Source: Leptospirales bacterium
Lineage (GTDB): Bacteria > Spirochaetota > Leptospiria > Turneriellales > JAOUFE01
DNA length: 17,524 bases
Reading direction: 5' to 3'
Assembly: GCA_040326155.1 (NCBI GenBank)
Contig: JBEQLE010000067.1
Coordinates: 6,737-24,260, forward strand
The notes beneath the pieces were generated by a model. The model worked only from the letters and a program-made list of their open reading frames with translations. It was not told the origin of the DNA and ran no database searches. This document shows positions 17,373 to 17,524 of the stretch, in pieces; positions within the stretch are counted from its first letter, which is position 1, and the number at the start of each line of letters is the position of its first letter. The position numbers and the translations under genes are program-made.

Positions 17373-17524
17373 AAGCGCAACTTCATTTAACAAATTTTAA
17401 TCTGCTCAGTCGCGACTGCGCGCGCCTTCGGGTCTCGCAAATAGCTCGACCACATTTTGAGACTTCCTACGTTTAACCGCCAAGCTCGCACGAAACTTGA
17501 GGTTAGTTTGGTGCTCGCATGGGT
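17373..17524 (+). repeat. Left arm of an attC-like site (R'' ATTTAAC, L'', GC-rich hairpins), truncated by the window end
   Basis: ATTTAAC (17385-17391), a 5-nt spacer, TTAATCTG (L'', 17397-17404), palindrome CAGTCGCGACTG (17407-17418) and a cTTCGg-loop hairpin (17418-17438). Confidence 0.65.

Larger units (their letters stand above)
15557..17524 (+). mobile_element. Integron-like gene cassette (attC runs beyond the window; no integrase in window)
   Basis: A single AT-rich ORF starts 30 nt after GTTRRRY and ends 22 nt before the perfectly complementary RYYYAAC. Flanks 15541-15574 and 17373-17407 are inverted repeats matching at 31/35 alignment columns. Confidence 0.7.

Noticed and set aside
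15541..17407. IS element bounded by terminal inverted repeats
   Set aside because: The enclosed ORF has no DDE or HUH transposase motifs and no target duplication is evident. The GTTRRRY/RYYYAAC geometry fits an integron cassette better.

Overview
Bacterial chromosomal window. Gene content and repeat style are reminiscent of Spirochaetota/Leptospirales, which is an unverified inference. Bases ~780-15150 are mostly minus-strand housekeeping genes: class II (B12) ribonucleotide reductase, a PAS-PAS-GGDEF-EAL protein, a bactofilin-like repeat membrane protein, an ACC deaminase/D-cysteine desulfhydrase-family enzyme, a basic HTH-like protein, and a probable arsC-clc-coaB-nucleoside phosphorylase-like-thiD operon. 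A + strand rpmG (L33), missed by the ORF track, sits among them. The standout is at the right end: an AT-rich, apparently promoterless 589-aa gene with a helical N-terminus and a C-terminal Mrr-like PD-(D/E/Q)xK nuclease motif. It is bracketed by integron-cassette-like sites: GTTAAAT (R') just before the gene and ATTTAAC (R'') just after it, within a ~35-bp inverted repeat and branched GC-rich hairpins. No integrase is present in the window. It is a candidate cassette-borne single-gene anti-phage system. The left end has a partial AT-rich gene preceded by an 8-nt-periodic AGGAA repeat with an inverted partner.
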